Below are positions 19,709 to 29,566 of a stretch of DNA of 48,311 nucleotides, one piece after another. The notes below the pieces were generated by a model that was not told where the DNA came from, made no database searches, and was given only the letters and a program-made list of their open reading frames with translations. Source of the stretch: Hyphomicrobiaceae bacterium (GTDB lineage: Bacteria; Pseudomonadota; Alphaproteobacteria; Rhizobiales; Hyphomicrobiaceae). Where the stretch lies: assembly GCA_036555805.1 (NCBI GenBank), contig DATBKR010000686.1, positions 1 through 48,311 on the forward strand. Reading direction: 5' to 3'. The translations under genes and the position numbers were made by a program. Position 1 is the first letter of the stretch. Each line of letters starts with the position of its first letter.

Positions 19709-20647
19709 ATGACACGCCAAGAGCATCTGCGCAACCTCCTGCTCCTCGGTCTGCTGGCCCTGGCTCTCGCGCTGCTGCCCAATGGGCTCAGCGTCTATCT
19801 TCGCTCCTTCGCCCTGTTCACGATGATGTATGTCGTGCTCGCGCTGTCCTGGAACATCATCAGCGGTTTCACCGGCTATACGTCGTTCGGGCACGTGGCT
19901 TTCTACGGCATCGGCGCCTACGCCTGCGCCATCCTGGTTGCCGACTACGGCTGGCCCTGGGTGCCAACCCTGTTTGTGGGGGCGCTGGTGGCGGGAGCGG
20001 TTGGCGCCGCCATCGGCTACCCGGTGCTGCGGCTCAAGGGCCCCTATTTCGCCATTGCCATGCTGGGTGCGGCGGAAGGGACACGCGTGGTAGCCACGGT
20101 ATGGGACAGCCTCACGCACGGCGGTGTCGGCATCAGCCTGCCCAGCACCGAGAACTCGCTGTCGACCTACTACGCCATGCTGGCCCTGATGCTGACAACG
20201 ATCGCCGTCGCCTATGCGGTGGGGCACTCGCGTTTCGGCATCCGCTTGAACGCGATCCGCGAAGACGAGGTGGCTGCCGAGGCGCTCGGCATCAACGTGG
20301 CCTGGTACAAACTGGCGGCGTTCGTGTTGTCCGCCGTGTTTCCCGCGGTTGCCGGGGGCATCCAGGCCTACAAGGTGCTCTACATCGAGCCCGCCGCGGT
20401 CTTCTTTGTCCAGATCACCATCGCCATGGCGCTTATGTCCATGCTGGGCGGCAAGGGCACCATCATCGGGCCGGTGGTAGGGGCAGTGCTGCTCTATTCG
20501 GCGCAGGAGCTGACCTGGGTCAACTTCCCGACCGCCCACCTCATCGCCTACGGGGCGTTCATCGTCGTCGTGGCTCGGTTCATGCCGCGCGGGCTCATGG
20601 GCCTTGCGATCGACCGCGGCTGGGTCCGCAAGGGGATGGTCCACTGA
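19709..20647 (+). CDS. HAAT-family ABC permease (LivM-like)
   Basis: 312 aa, polytopic. Contains ...NIISGFTGYTSFGHVAFYGIGAY... It lies between the LivH-like and LivG-like genes, and its stop overlaps the next start (TGATG at 20645-20649). Confidence 0.9.
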   Translation: MTRQEHLRNLLLLGLLALALALLPNGLSVYLRSFALFTMMYVVLALSWNIISGFTGYTSFGHVAFYGIGAYACAILVADYGWPWVPTLFVGALVAGAVGAAIGYPVLRLKGPYFAIAMLGAAEGTRVVATVWDSLTHGGVGISLPSTENSLSTYYAMLALMLTTIAVAYAVGHSRFGIRLNAIREDEVAAEALGINVAWYKLAAFVLSAVFPAVAGGIQAYKVLYIEPAAVFFVQITIAMALMSMLGGKGTIIGPVVGAVLLYSAQELTWVNFPTAHLIAYGAFIVVVARFMPRGLMGLAIDRGWVRKGMVH

Positions 20648-21393
20648 TGGCGCCTGACGATATCGTGCTGGAGGCGCGCGGCCTGCGCAAGGCATTCGGG
20701 GGCGTCAGGGCCGTCGACGGCTGCAGCTTCGCCGTGCCCCGCGGCAGGATCTGCGGCCTCATCGGCCCGAACGGATCTGGCAAGACTACCACCTTCAACC
20801 TCCTGACAGGGCTCGCCGAGGCCGATGCGGGCGAGGTCCTGCATGACGGCGTCGACATCGTCGGCCTCAAGCCCCACCAGATCTTCCGGCGCGGCATCAC
20901 GCGCACCTTCCAGATCACACGCGTATTCCGTGAAATGACGGTCTTCGAGAACATGCTGTCGGTGACCGGGCTCGGGGTGCCGCAGAAGGTGGCGCGCGAG
21001 CGCGCCAAGGAACTGATCGCGCTGGTCAACCTCACGGGCCTGCGGGGTGAGTACGGCGGACGCCTCTCCTATGGGCAGCAGAAGCTCCTCGAATTCGCCC
21101 GCGCGCTCATGACCGACCCGGACGTAATCCTGCTGGATGAGCCCGCCGCCGGCGTCAACCGCACGCTGCTCCAGCAGCTGCTCGACCAGATCCACTGCCT
21201 GCAGGAAGCGGGCAAGACCATCCTGATCGTCGAACACGACATGAACGTCATCATGAATCACTGCGAGCACATCTTCGTCATGGACTACGGCGTGAAGATC
21301 GCGGAGGGCCCACCGGCCGCGATCCAGGGTAACGAGCGCGTGATCGAGGCCTACTTCGGCCGCCGCCAGGGGGAGGCGGTTCATGCCGGTTGA
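20647..21393 (+). CDS. ABC transporter ATP-binding protein (LivG-like)
   Basis: The track ORF 20101..21393 is trimmed to the ATG at 20647 (MAPDDIVLEARGLRKAFGG). Walker A GPNGSGKTT, signature LSYGQQKLLE, Walker B ILLDEPAAG. Confidence 0.9.
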   Translation: MAPDDIVLEARGLRKAFGGVRAVDGCSFAVPRGRICGLIGPNGSGKTTTFNLLTGLAEADAGEVLHDGVDIVGLKPHQIFRRGITRTFQITRVFREMTVFENMLSVTGLGVPQKVARERAKELIALVNLTGLRGEYGGRLSYGQQKLLEFARALMTDPDVILLDEPAAGVNRTLLQQLLDQIHCLQEAGKTILIVEHDMNVIMNHCEHIFVMDYGVKIAEGPPAAIQGNERVIEAYFGRRQGEAVHAG

Positions 21394-22126
21394 AGGGGGC
21401 AAGCCCCTGCTTGTGCTGCGCGACGTCTCCGCCGGCTACGGTGCGATCCAGATCCTGCATGGCGTGTCGCTGCACGTGGACGAGGGGGAGATCGTCGCAG
21501 TCATCGGTCCGAACGGTGCGGGCAAATCGACCACCTTCAAGGTGATCATGGGCCTGATCGATCATCTGGGCGGTGAGGTGGAATACCGGGGCCGGAGCCT
21601 GGTCGGCGAGCGCCCCGATCGCATTCTCGGCTTCGGGCTCGCCTATGTGCCACAGGGACGCGTGGTCTTTGCCCAGCTCACCGTCACCGAGAATCTCGAG
21701 ATGGGCGCCTATCTCGAGCGCGACAATGCCAGGCTCAAGGACGCGATGGACTACGTGTTCACGCTCTTTCCGGTGCTCGCCGAGCGCAGGCGTCAACTCG
21801 CGGGCTCGATGAGCGGGGGCGAGCAGCAGATGCTCGCCATGGGCCGCGGCCTCATGATGCGGCCCAGGATGATGATGCTCGACGAGCCTTCTCTCGGCCT
21901 GTCGCCCCGCCTGGTCGACGAGGTGTTCGAGAAGACGGTGGCGATGGCGCGGGGAGGTCTTACCGTCATGCTCGTGGAGCAAAACGCTGCGCGCGCGCTC
22001 GAGATCTCGGATCGCGGCTACGTCCTCGAGCTTGGCCGCAACCGCTACCAGGGTACGGGTCAGGAGTTGCTGGGCAACCCGGACGTGCGGACGATGTATC
22101 TCGGCGGAGGTGTCAAAGCGATGTGA
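21383..22126 (+). CDS. ABC transporter ATP-binding protein (LivF-like)
   Basis: 247 aa. Walker A GPNGAGKST, signature MSGGEQQML, Walker B MMLDEPSLGL. It overlaps the previous gene by 11 nt. Confidence 0.9.
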   Translation: MPVEGGKPLLVLRDVSAGYGAIQILHGVSLHVDEGEIVAVIGPNGAGKSTTFKVIMGLIDHLGGEVEYRGRSLVGERPDRILGFGLAYVPQGRVVFAQLTVTENLEMGAYLERDNARLKDAMDYVFTLFPVLAERRRQLAGSMSGGEQQMLAMGRGLMMRPRMMMLDEPSLGLSPRLVDEVFEKTVAMARGGLTVMLVEQNAARALEISDRGYVLELGRNRYQGTGQELLGNPDVRTMYLGGGVKAM

Positions 22127-22143
22127 GCGATAGGAACTGCCGA

Positions 22144-23346
22144 TCAGGAGCCGACGATCACCCTCTGCTCCGCCAATGCGGCGACCTCCTCCAACGAAAA
22201 TCCGGCTTCCACCAGAACTTCCCGACTGTGCTCGCCCAAGCGCGGTGGCTGGCGATGCAGGATCGGGCGCCCGCGCCCTGCGCCGAACTCGACCGGTAAG
22301 GTCGGCAGGCCGGCCTTGCGGCCTTCCCTGCCGCCGGCGCGTGAGATGAAAACATCCAGGAGCCCGCCAGTGGCAAGCAGGTGTGCGTCGGCAAACAGAT
22401 CACCGGGCCGTCCGACCGGCGCCCACGGGACGTTCGCGCGCGCGCAACGGCGCGTCACCTCCGCGAGCGGCAATCCTGCCATGACTTCCTTGATCGCGGG
22501 AATCAGCCACGGGCGCTCTGCGCACCGCATCAGGTTCGTAGCCAGGCGTGGATCGACAGAGAGCGCCTGCAGCCCGAACTCTTCGGTAAAGCGCGTCCAT
22601 TGCTGGTCGCTCGTGACGCCAATGAACAATTCCCCATCTGCCGCAGCAAACACTTCGTAGACAGCCCAGGCCCCGCGCCGCGCAGGCATTGGCTCGGGCG
22701 CAAGACCTGTCGCCGTGATCCCGGCCAAGTGTGTGCTCATCAGGAAGGCGGCGCTCTCGAACAGCGCGCTGCTGACGCGCTGCCCCTTTCCGGTCGCCTC
22801 GCGCTCGCGCAGCGCGGCCTGAGCGGCGACCACGCCGAAAACCGCGCCGAGAATGTCGATGATGGAGGCCCCAGCGCGCAACGGCTGGCCGGGCGGCCCG
22901 GTCATGTAGGCAAGGCCGACATGGAACTGCACGACCTCGTCCAACGCCGGGCGGTGCTCATATGGCCCCGTCAGATATCCCTTGAGTGCCAGATAGACGA
23001 GGCGCGGGTTGAGCTTGGCGAGGTCTTCGTATCCGCAGCCCAACCTCTCCATGGTGCCCGGCGCGTAGTTCTCGATCACCACATCGGCCGTCGCCGCCAG
23101 TCGCTGCATCGCCGCGCGGCCCTCCGCCCGCTTCAGATCAATCGTCAAGCTGCGCTTGCTGCGGTTGAAGGCAGCGAAGAACCCGGCAGCGAATCCGCCG
23201 AGCCCGCGCGTGTGGTCGCCCTGCGGGGCCGGCTCCACCTTCACCACGTCGGCGCCGAGCTCCGCGAACACCAGCCCCGCCGTCGGGCCCATCACGGTGT
23301 GGCTGAACTCGAGAACCTTCAAGCCGGTCAGGGGCGTTGCAGACAT
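22144..23346 (-). CDS. Family III CoA-transferase (CaiB/BaiF type)
   Basis: The track ORF 22144..23730 is trimmed to the Met of MSATPLTGLKVLEFSHTVMGPTAGLVFAELGADVVKVEP (cat at 23344-23346). About 400 aa. Its start shares one base with the upstream stop (TGATG). Confidence 0.85.
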   Translation of the reverse strand: MSATPLTGLKVLEFSHTVMGPTAGLVFAELGADVVKVEPAPQGDHTRGLGGFAAGFFAAFNRSKRSLTIDLKRAEGRAAMQRLAATADVVIENYAPGTMERLGCGYEDLAKLNPRLVYLALKGYLTGPYEHRPALDEVVQFHVGLAYMTGPPGQPLRAGASIIDILGAVFGVVAAQAALREREATGKGQRVSSALFESAAFLMSTHLAGITATGLAPEPMPARRGAWAVYEVFAAADGELFIGVTSDQQWTRFTEEFGLQALSVDPRLATNLMRCAERPWLIPAIKEVMAGLPLAEVTRRCARANVPWAPVGRPGDLFADAHLLATGGLLDVFISRAGGREGRKAGLPTLPVEFGAGRGRPILHRQPPRLGEHSREVLVEAGFSLEEVAALAEQRVIVGS

Positions 23347-24305
23347 CAGGCGGCCTTGCGGCGGAAGGCGTCCAGGCTCCCGGCGTGGATAAGCTCGCTC
23401 GGCAGCTGGTGGCCAACGATGACCTCCGCCATGCGCCCGACCTCGATCAGTCTGTCGAGATCCACGCCCGTGCGAACGCCCATCTCCTCGCAGAGCAGCA
23501 CCAGCTCCTCGGTGCAGATATTGCCCGCGGCGCCTTTCTGGCCGGCGAACGGGCAGCCGCCGAGCCCGCCGACAGTGGAATCGAAACGGCTCACGCCCAT
23601 GCGCAGCCCGGCATGCGCATTGGCGACAGCCAGACCGCGCGTGTCGTGGAGATGCAGAGAAAGCTGCTTTTCGGGCCAGCGCGACCGGACTTCGCCGAGC
23701 ACGCGCTCGATACGCGCCGGCGTCGCCCACCCCATTGTGTCGGCCAGTGAGAACAGCTCGACTTGCGTGCCCGTGTCGGCGGCGATGGCGAGTCCGTCCT
23801 CCAGGGTGCGGATGACCTGCTCCGGCGCAATGTCGCCCTGGTAGTTGCAGCCGAACGCCGCCATCACGCCGATGCGGCCCACCGGCACGCCCTTTGAGAG
23901 ATGCAGGCTGGTCTGCTTGCGCATCGCCTCGAGGTTTTGTGCATGGCTGCGGTTGAGGTTCTTGCGGGTGAAGGCCTCCGACGCGGTGAGCGCAATCGAG
24001 CCCGCGACGGCCAGCTTGTCGCGAAAATTCAAGGCCCGCTCCAAGCCGCTGGCGTTAAACCAGAGGGCGGTGTAGTCGATCCCCGGCTTGGCTTTGAACC
24101 CTTCGACAACCGTCTCGGCATCGGCCCACCCAGGCACCAGGCGAGGATTGACGAAGGAGCACACCTGGATGTGGCCAAGGCCGGTTTCGGCCAGAGCCTC
24201 GATCAGGCGGACCTTGTCGGCCGTCGCGATCGGCCCGGGCTCGATCTGGAAGCCTTCGCGGGGGCCTTCTTCGTGGATCTCAACATGCGACGACAGGTCC
24301 GTCAT
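23346..24305 (-). CDS. HMG-CoA lyase-like (HMGL family) acyl-CoA lyase
   Basis: 319 aa. EEGPREGFQIEP (compare EVGPRDGLQ), LHLHDTRGLAVANAHAGL, STVGGLGGCPFA. Confidence 0.85.
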   Translation of the reverse strand: MTDLSSHVEIHEEGPREGFQIEPGPIATADKVRLIEALAETGLGHIQVCSFVNPRLVPGWADAETVVEGFKAKPGIDYTALWFNASGLERALNFRDKLAVAGSIALTASEAFTRKNLNRSHAQNLEAMRKQTSLHLSKGVPVGRIGVMAAFGCNYQGDIAPEQVIRTLEDGLAIAADTGTQVELFSLADTMGWATPARIERVLGEVRSRWPEKQLSLHLHDTRGLAVANAHAGLRMGVSRFDSTVGGLGGCPFAGQKGAAGNICTEELVLLCEEMGVRTGVDLDRLIEVGRMAEVIVGHQLPSELIHAGSLDAFRRKAA

Positions 24306-24700
24306 TCTCGCTTCCTCCGTCCGCTACGCGTTTCGTGATCGTGCCAGAAAACCCCGGCAATTTCCAATGGGGGGCTGCCGCGCGCCCCGAATACATACCA
24401 TGGTGTCCTTGGACGTGCCGGAGCGCTTGGCCAGATCGGCACGGCGTCCCGTGCTCGCGGCCTGTCACAAGTCGCTCGCTCATTCCTCGGCCCCTCATCC
24501 TTCTCGACTCGTTGCCAAATGGCCCGCTCGGTATTCTTGCGGGTCGTCAGGCCGAGCCCTACGAGGAAGTCGGAGTCGATCAGTCCGGGGGGCGCATCGG
24601 GCGTGGATCCGCTTGCCGGCTTGGCGGACGGCGCCACGCATCTTGCCCGCGCACGGAAGAGGCGCCAGTGTTGGCGGGGTCAACCGCACTGGGGGAGGCT

Positions 24701-25864
24701 ATGAAGATCTCGCTGTTCTATCTGCCGTCGCTCGGCAGCAAGTCTGACATCGAGGCCGGCATGGCGGGCATGCGCACCGACCTCTACCAGCAGATGCTGC
24801 GCGAGGTATCCGAGCAGTGCCGGCTGGCCGACGACCTCGGCTACGAGTCCGTGAGCTTCACCGAGCACCATTTCCACATCGAGGGCTTCGAGGTCTCCAA
24901 CAATCCGGTGCTGCTCGATCTCTACATCGGCATGCAGACGAAGCGCATCAAGGTGGGCCAGCTCGGCATCGTGCTGCCGGCCTCCAACCCCATCCGCGTT
25001 GCCGAGGACATCGCCATGCTCGACCACATGACCGGCGGGCGCGCCTGCGCAGGCTTCGCGCGCGGCTACCAGCGCCGCTGGGTCGACATCATGGCGCAGC
25101 AGACGCACGGCATCCATGGCGCCCTGCCGCACCAGCATGACGCCATCGACGCCGCCAACCGCGCCGCCTTCGAGGAGTGCTTCGCTATCGTCAGGAAGGC
25201 GTGGACGGAGGAAATGCTCTGCTACCAGGGCCAGTACTGGAAGATCCCGCCGGGCGAGACGCCCTGGACCCTGGAGGCCACCGACAAATGGGGCAGGGGC
25301 GTCGAGGGGGGCATCCTCAAGGCCGTGGGCGTGGTACCGAAGCCCCTGCAGAAGCCGCATCCGCCCATCTTCCAGCCGTTCGCCTCCTCCGAGCGCTCGA
25401 TTCGCTGGTGCGCGGAGAACGGCGTCACCGCGATCCTGCCGCCGATGCACGAGACGCACGAGCGGCACCTGTTCGAGGTCTACGCCAGCGCATCAGGCCG
25501 CGCCCCTGGCGACGGCATGGGCATGCTGCGCGATATCATCATCGCCGACAGCGACGAGGAGGCACGGGCGCTGTGGGTCGACTCGGCGACCTTCTGCGGC
25601 AACGCCTGGTTCGTCCCCTTCGGGTTCCGCCGCGGCATGCTGGACCCGGTGACGGGCGAGGCTCCGACGCCCGACGAGGCCATCGCCAGAGGCTACGCGC
25701 TGATCGGCACGCTCGATACGGTGACGCGCAGCCTGGAGGCCTTGATGCGGAAGCTCCCGGTGCAGTGGATCTTCGGCTGGACGCACAACACTCTGGTGCC
25801 GCACGCCAAGCTGATGCGCTCGATTGAGCTGTTCCACACCAAGGTGCTGCCGCGGGTGGCGTAG
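24701..25864 (+). CDS. LLM-class (luciferase-like) flavin-dependent oxidoreductase/monooxygenase
   Basis: The track ORF 24335..25864 is trimmed to the ATG at 24701 (GGGGGAGG upstream; MKISLFYLPSLG). Contains YESVSFTEHHFHIEGFEVSNNP and a TIM-barrel LLM pattern. Confidence 0.8.
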   Translation: MKISLFYLPSLGSKSDIEAGMAGMRTDLYQQMLREVSEQCRLADDLGYESVSFTEHHFHIEGFEVSNNPVLLDLYIGMQTKRIKVGQLGIVLPASNPIRVAEDIAMLDHMTGGRACAGFARGYQRRWVDIMAQQTHGIHGALPHQHDAIDAANRAAFEECFAIVRKAWTEEMLCYQGQYWKIPPGETPWTLEATDKWGRGVEGGILKAVGVVPKPLQKPHPPIFQPFASSERSIRWCAENGVTAILPPMHETHERHLFEVYASASGRAPGDGMGMLRDIIIADSDEEARALWVDSATFCGNAWFVPFGFRRGMLDPVTGEAPTPDEAIARGYALIGTLDTVTRSLEALMRKLPVQWIFGWTHNTLVPHAKLMRSIELFHTKVLPRVA

Positions 25865-25875
25865 CGCAGAACCTG

Positions 25876-26679
25876 TCACTCCGATGCCTGGATCGTGTTG
25901 AGGGCGCCGCCCACCGCGGTCCGACCGCCGTCGACCACGTACTGGGCGCCGCTGACGTTGCTCGCGAGGTCCGAGCACAGGAACAGCACAACCCCAGCGA
26001 CCTCCTCGGCCGTGCCGTAGCGACCGCTGGGCAGGCCCGCCTGGTAGCGGCGCCCAACGGCGGCCGGGTCTGCCGGGTCCACCTGCGCCTCGATCCTGCG
26101 TATCATGTCGGTGTCGATCGGGCCGGGGCACACGGCATTCACGCGCACGCCGTTGCGCGCCACCTCGCCGGCAGCCGCCTTGGTAAGGCCGATCACCGCG
26201 TGCTTGGAAGCCACATAGGGCGCCATGCCCGGCGTGCCGACCAGCCCTGCTACCGACGCGGTATTCACCACCGCACCCGAGCCCTGCGCGATCATCACGG
26301 GAAGGACGTAGCGCAGGCCCAGGAACACGCCCCTGACATTGACGGCCATCACCTCGTCGAACGCCGCCGTGTCGTAGCTGGCAATGGGCGCCACCTTGCA
26401 GATGATGCCGGCGTTGTTGAAGAAGCAATCGATGCGTCCGTAAGCCTGGAGTGCGGCTTCGACATAGCGTTGCACGTCGGTGCCCTGGGTCACGTCGGCG
26501 CTCTCTGCGCGCGCGACTCCGCCTTGGTGGCGAATGGCTGCTGCCGTGGCCTCGACCCCCGCCGCGTCGCGATCGACAGCAAGCACCTGCGCGCCGGCCG
26601 CGGCGAAGGCGAGCGCCGTCCGCCTCCCAATGCCGTTGCCGGCCCCGGTGATGACTGCGGTCTTGCCTGCAAAGTTCAT
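25876..26679 (-). CDS. SDR-family oxidoreductase
   Basis: The track ORF 25876..26772 is trimmed to the Met of MNFAGKTAVITGAGNGIGRR (cat at 26677-26679, GAGGAGGAGG upstream). Contains NNAG and YVASKHAV (YxxxK). Confidence 0.9.
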   Translation of the reverse strand: MNFAGKTAVITGAGNGIGRRTALAFAAAGAQVLAVDRDAAGVEATAAAIRHQGGVARAESADVTQGTDVQRYVEAALQAYGRIDCFFNNAGIICKVAPIASYDTAAFDEVMAVNVRGVFLGLRYVLPVMIAQGSGAVVNTASVAGLVGTPGMAPYVASKHAVIGLTKAAAGEVARNGVRVNAVCPGPIDTDMIRRIEAQVDPADPAAVGRRYQAGLPSGRYGTAEEVAGVVLFLCSDLASNVSGAQYVVDGGRTAVGGALNTIQASE

Positions 26680-26812
26680 GGGCGTCCTCCTCCTCGTCGG
26701 CGTTTGCGGAACTGCGCGGCGACATAGAGCTTGTGCCCTCCCGAGTTCCGACTTGTCGAAGAGCGGGGGCACGGGTGGGTAACCGAGCAGCCCGCCGCAC
26801 GGCCGAGCGGGG

Positions 26813-27682
26813 TCAGCCGCCCGCGACGTCCTTGAAGCGGCGCAGGGTCTCGATCTGGTCGTCGAAGCTGGGGATGCGGTACATGGGGTAAAGCATCACC
26901 ATCTGCGCCCCCAGCTTGCGCCAGCCATCCGCGGCGGCCGCCCAGCGCTGCGGGTCGGGCTCGTGCATGCGCAGCCAAGCCTCCAGTCCGAACTTTGTAG
27001 CGTCGCGCCCAAGCGACTTCAACTCACCGCGCAACACGGAAAGCTTGCGCTCGGCCTCGGCGTCGGGCGCGCTGATCGGCATCCAGCCATCGCCCAGGCG
27101 TGCGGCGCGCATGACCGCCGCGTCGGAAATGCCGCCGAACCAGATCGGAATGGGCCGCTGTACAGGGGGCGGCACGATGTTGACGTCCTTCAGGCTGTGA
27201 AAGCGGCCGCTGAAACTGACCAAATCCTCGGACCACAGGCGACGCAGAACCTCGACCTGCTCGGCCTGTCGCGCCCCGCGGGTCGTCCAGTCGACGCCGA
27301 GCGCCTCGTATTCGACGTGGTTCCAGCCGACGCCGATGCCGAGCCGCAAGCGCCCGCCGCTGAGGATGTCGACCTCCGCCGCCTGCTTGGCGATGACGCC
27401 GGTCTGGCGTTGTGGCGCGATCAGCACGCCGCTCGAGAGGCAGATGGTCTTGGTGACCGCGGCCAGAAAGCCGAGGGTGACGAAGGTCTCATGGAACGGG
27501 TCTTTGTCGTTGTAGAGCGGGGTCCAGCCATTGCGTGCCGTGGCGCCGAACACGTGGTCGGGGACCTCGATGGCGGCGTAGCCGAGGTCCTCGGCGGCCT
27601 GCGCCCAGTCGCGGATCCTGGCAGGATCGCTGCCGATGTCGCGGGTCGGGAAGAACGCATTGAGCTGCATGTCGTCTGCCAC
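26813..27682 (-). CDS. LLM-class oxidoreductase (F420/flavin-dependent, Rv2161c-like subgroup)
   Basis: 289 aa. Contains GYAAIEVPDHVF, LSGGRLRLGIGVGWNHVEYEALGVDWTTRGARQAEQVEVLRRLW and PIPIWFGG. Confidence 0.75.
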   Translation of the reverse strand: MADDMQLNAFFPTRDIGSDPARIRDWAQAAEDLGYAAIEVPDHVFGATARNGWTPLYNDKDPFHETFVTLGFLAAVTKTICLSSGVLIAPQRQTGVIAKQAAEVDILSGGRLRLGIGVGWNHVEYEALGVDWTTRGARQAEQVEVLRRLWSEDLVSFSGRFHSLKDVNIVPPPVQRPIPIWFGGISDAAVMRAARLGDGWMPISAPDAEAERKLSVLRGELKSLGRDATKFGLEAWLRMHEPDPQRWAAAADGWRKLGAQMVMLYPMYRIPSFDDQIETLRRFKDVAGG

Positions 27683-27881
27683 ACATCTCTGGAGTGGAAC
27701 CGGGTTCCGGACCTTAGCCCAGCGGCATCCCGCTTGTCGCGCCGGTCAGCCCGCTTTTTTTGGCGTAACTCCGGATGCGACTCGAAAGACGGCGACGAAG
27801 CCGTCGGATTCGCTTAACGTTCTGGCGTCGAAGCAGCGCGTGGCGTTTATGCCGGGCAACAAACGTATCGAAGGATGACCC

Positions 27882-28886
27882 ATGCCTGAGCACTGCACGA
27901 TCGACGCCCACGCGCACATCCTTGCCGAGGAGACGATGGCGCTCATGCTCAAGGAAGCGCCGAACATCGGGCCGCGGATGGAGCGCATCGACGACGATTT
28001 CGCCTTGCTCGAGGTGGCAGGCAGCCGCTATCGGCCGTTTCCGCGCGGGGGCTGGGACATGCCGAGGCGCCTCGCCGACATGGACGCCGCCGGCATCGAC
28101 ATGCAGCTCGTCAGCAACACGCCGCAGACGTTTCTCTACAATCAGGACCCCTCGCTCACCGCTGCAATGGCCGCGCTTCAGAACGACCAGATCGCCAAGG
28201 CCGTTGCCGGCAATCCGAAGCGGCTGATGGGCCTCGCGACGCTGCCGATGCAGGCGCCGGCCCTGGCCGCCGACGAGCTGCGCCGTGCCATCCGCAGCCT
28301 CGGCCTGAAGGGCGCCCAGATCGGCTCCAACGTCAACGGCCGCAACCTGGACGACCCGGCCTTCGAGCCGCTGTGGGCGGCGGCCGACGAACTCGCTGCC
28401 TTCATCATGGTGCATCCGACCCAGGTCGCCGGCGCGGAGCGGCTCGGCGCGTACTACCTGACGAACCTGATCGGGAACCCGCTCGACACGACGATCGCCG
28501 CGGCCTGCCTGGTATTCGGGGGCGTCATCGAGCGGCATCCCCGCATCAAGTTCCTGATGGTGCACGGCGGCGGCTTCGTTCCCTACCAGGCAGGCAGGTT
28601 CAGGCACGGCTGGCAGGTGCGCCCCGAGCCGCGGGCCACCCTGGCCGCGCCGCCCGACGACTCCCTCAACAGGCTCTATTTCGACACCATCGTGCACGAC
28701 CCGTCCGTGCTCCAGTTTCTGGTGTCGAGCGCCGGCGCATCGCGCGTGCTGCTGGGCAGCGACTACCCGTTCGACATGGGCACCCTCGACGGCGTCCGCC
28801 AGGTGCGCGCCCTGCCGCTTTCAGAGCCGGAGAAGGCGGCCATCCTGGGCGGCGCGGCCCAGGCGCTGCTGGACGGGGTTGGGTAG
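27882..28886 (+). CDS. Amidohydrolase_2 family protein (ACMSD/LigW-like non-oxidative decarboxylase/hydrolase)
   Basis: 334 aa. AAGGA lies upstream. N-terminal IDAHAH. Also GAQIGSNVNG, IMVHP, GNPLDTT, MVHGGG and LLGSDYPFD. Confidence 0.8.
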   Translation: MPEHCTIDAHAHILAEETMALMLKEAPNIGPRMERIDDDFALLEVAGSRYRPFPRGGWDMPRRLADMDAAGIDMQLVSNTPQTFLYNQDPSLTAAMAALQNDQIAKAVAGNPKRLMGLATLPMQAPALAADELRRAIRSLGLKGAQIGSNVNGRNLDDPAFEPLWAAADELAAFIMVHPTQVAGAERLGAYYLTNLIGNPLDTTIAAACLVFGGVIERHPRIKFLMVHGGGFVPYQAGRFRHGWQVRPEPRATLAAPPDDSLNRLYFDTIVHDPSVLQFLVSSAGASRVLLGSDYPFDMGTLDGVRQVRALPLSEPEKAAILGGAAQALLDGVG

Positions 28887-29073
28887 CGACGGCTGCCGAC
28901 GAACATGGGAGCGGCGACATCACCGGTCGCTATTGGCCCCACGTCTCGCCTCCTCGCTAAACCGGGCACGTTGGTGCTACAGTGCCTGCGGCGTCGGCGG
29001 TATCGGCACGGATCGAGTGATCGAAGATGTTGCGGCGCCCGTCTTGTGGCGTTCGTTTCAGGAGGGATCCCCC

Positions 29074-29475
29074 ATGGCCCTACCCGCAGCGGCCAAGACT
29101 CCGGGCGTCAAGCGCGCCAGCCCAGGCGAGCATCACTTCGAGCTCGCCAAGGCCAACCGAATAGATGGGGGGCCGGGCTACTCGACGGCCACCGGCGGCT
29201 GTATCGAGGGCGAGCGGATGATGGTGGCGCTGATGCGGATGCCGGCCGGCACCGGGGCCGAGCCGCACAGCCACCCCAACGAGCAGTGGATCTACATCCT
29301 CGAAGGCACCTTCGCGGCCAATATCGGCGGCCAGGCGGTGACTGCGCAGGCCGGCTCCGTCCTCTACATTCCTGCCAACCTGGTGCATTCGGGGGTGGCG
29401 ACGCCCGACGGCGATGTGGTTTTCTTCACCGTCAAGGACACCTCGCACGGCCTGCACGGCGTCAAGGCAGCGTAG
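29074..29475 (+). CDS. Cupin-domain protein
   Basis: The track ORF 28879..29475 is trimmed to the ATG at 29074 (AGGAGGGA upstream). Cupin motif 1 is GAEPHSHPNEQWIYILEG. Motif 2 is GSVLYIPANLVHS. Confidence 0.75.
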   Translation: MALPAAAKTPGVKRASPGEHHFELAKANRIDGGPGYSTATGGCIEGERMMVALMRMPAGTGAEPHSHPNEQWIYILEGTFAANIGGQAVTAQAGSVLYIPANLVHSGVATPDGDVVFFTVKDTSHGLHGVKAA

Positions 29476-29566
29476 GCCTCCGCAAGCGCCCGGACCGCCG
29501 GCCGATCGGGGCGACAAGCTCGAGACCAACTCGAGCGCAACGAAAAGCAAAACGTGGGAGGACCCA

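Noticed and set aside
24306-24700. A 395-bp gap between the lyase and LLM genes. The minus-strand frame reads ..GLIDSDFLVGLGLTTRKNTERAIWQRVEKDEG.. (track ORF 24302..24637), which might be a relic of a regulator or mobile-element gene.
   Set aside because: I cannot tie the peptide to any family from memory. The frame has no credible start and overlaps the lyase start region. This could be checked by blastx, but it is not supportable as a feature.
27696-27708. The palindrome GGAACC-g-GGTTCC in the LLM/amidohydrolase divergent spacer as an operator.
   Set aside because: It is a short 6-bp-arm palindrome with no second copy in the window and no adjacent regulator gene. It is too weak to call without comparative data.
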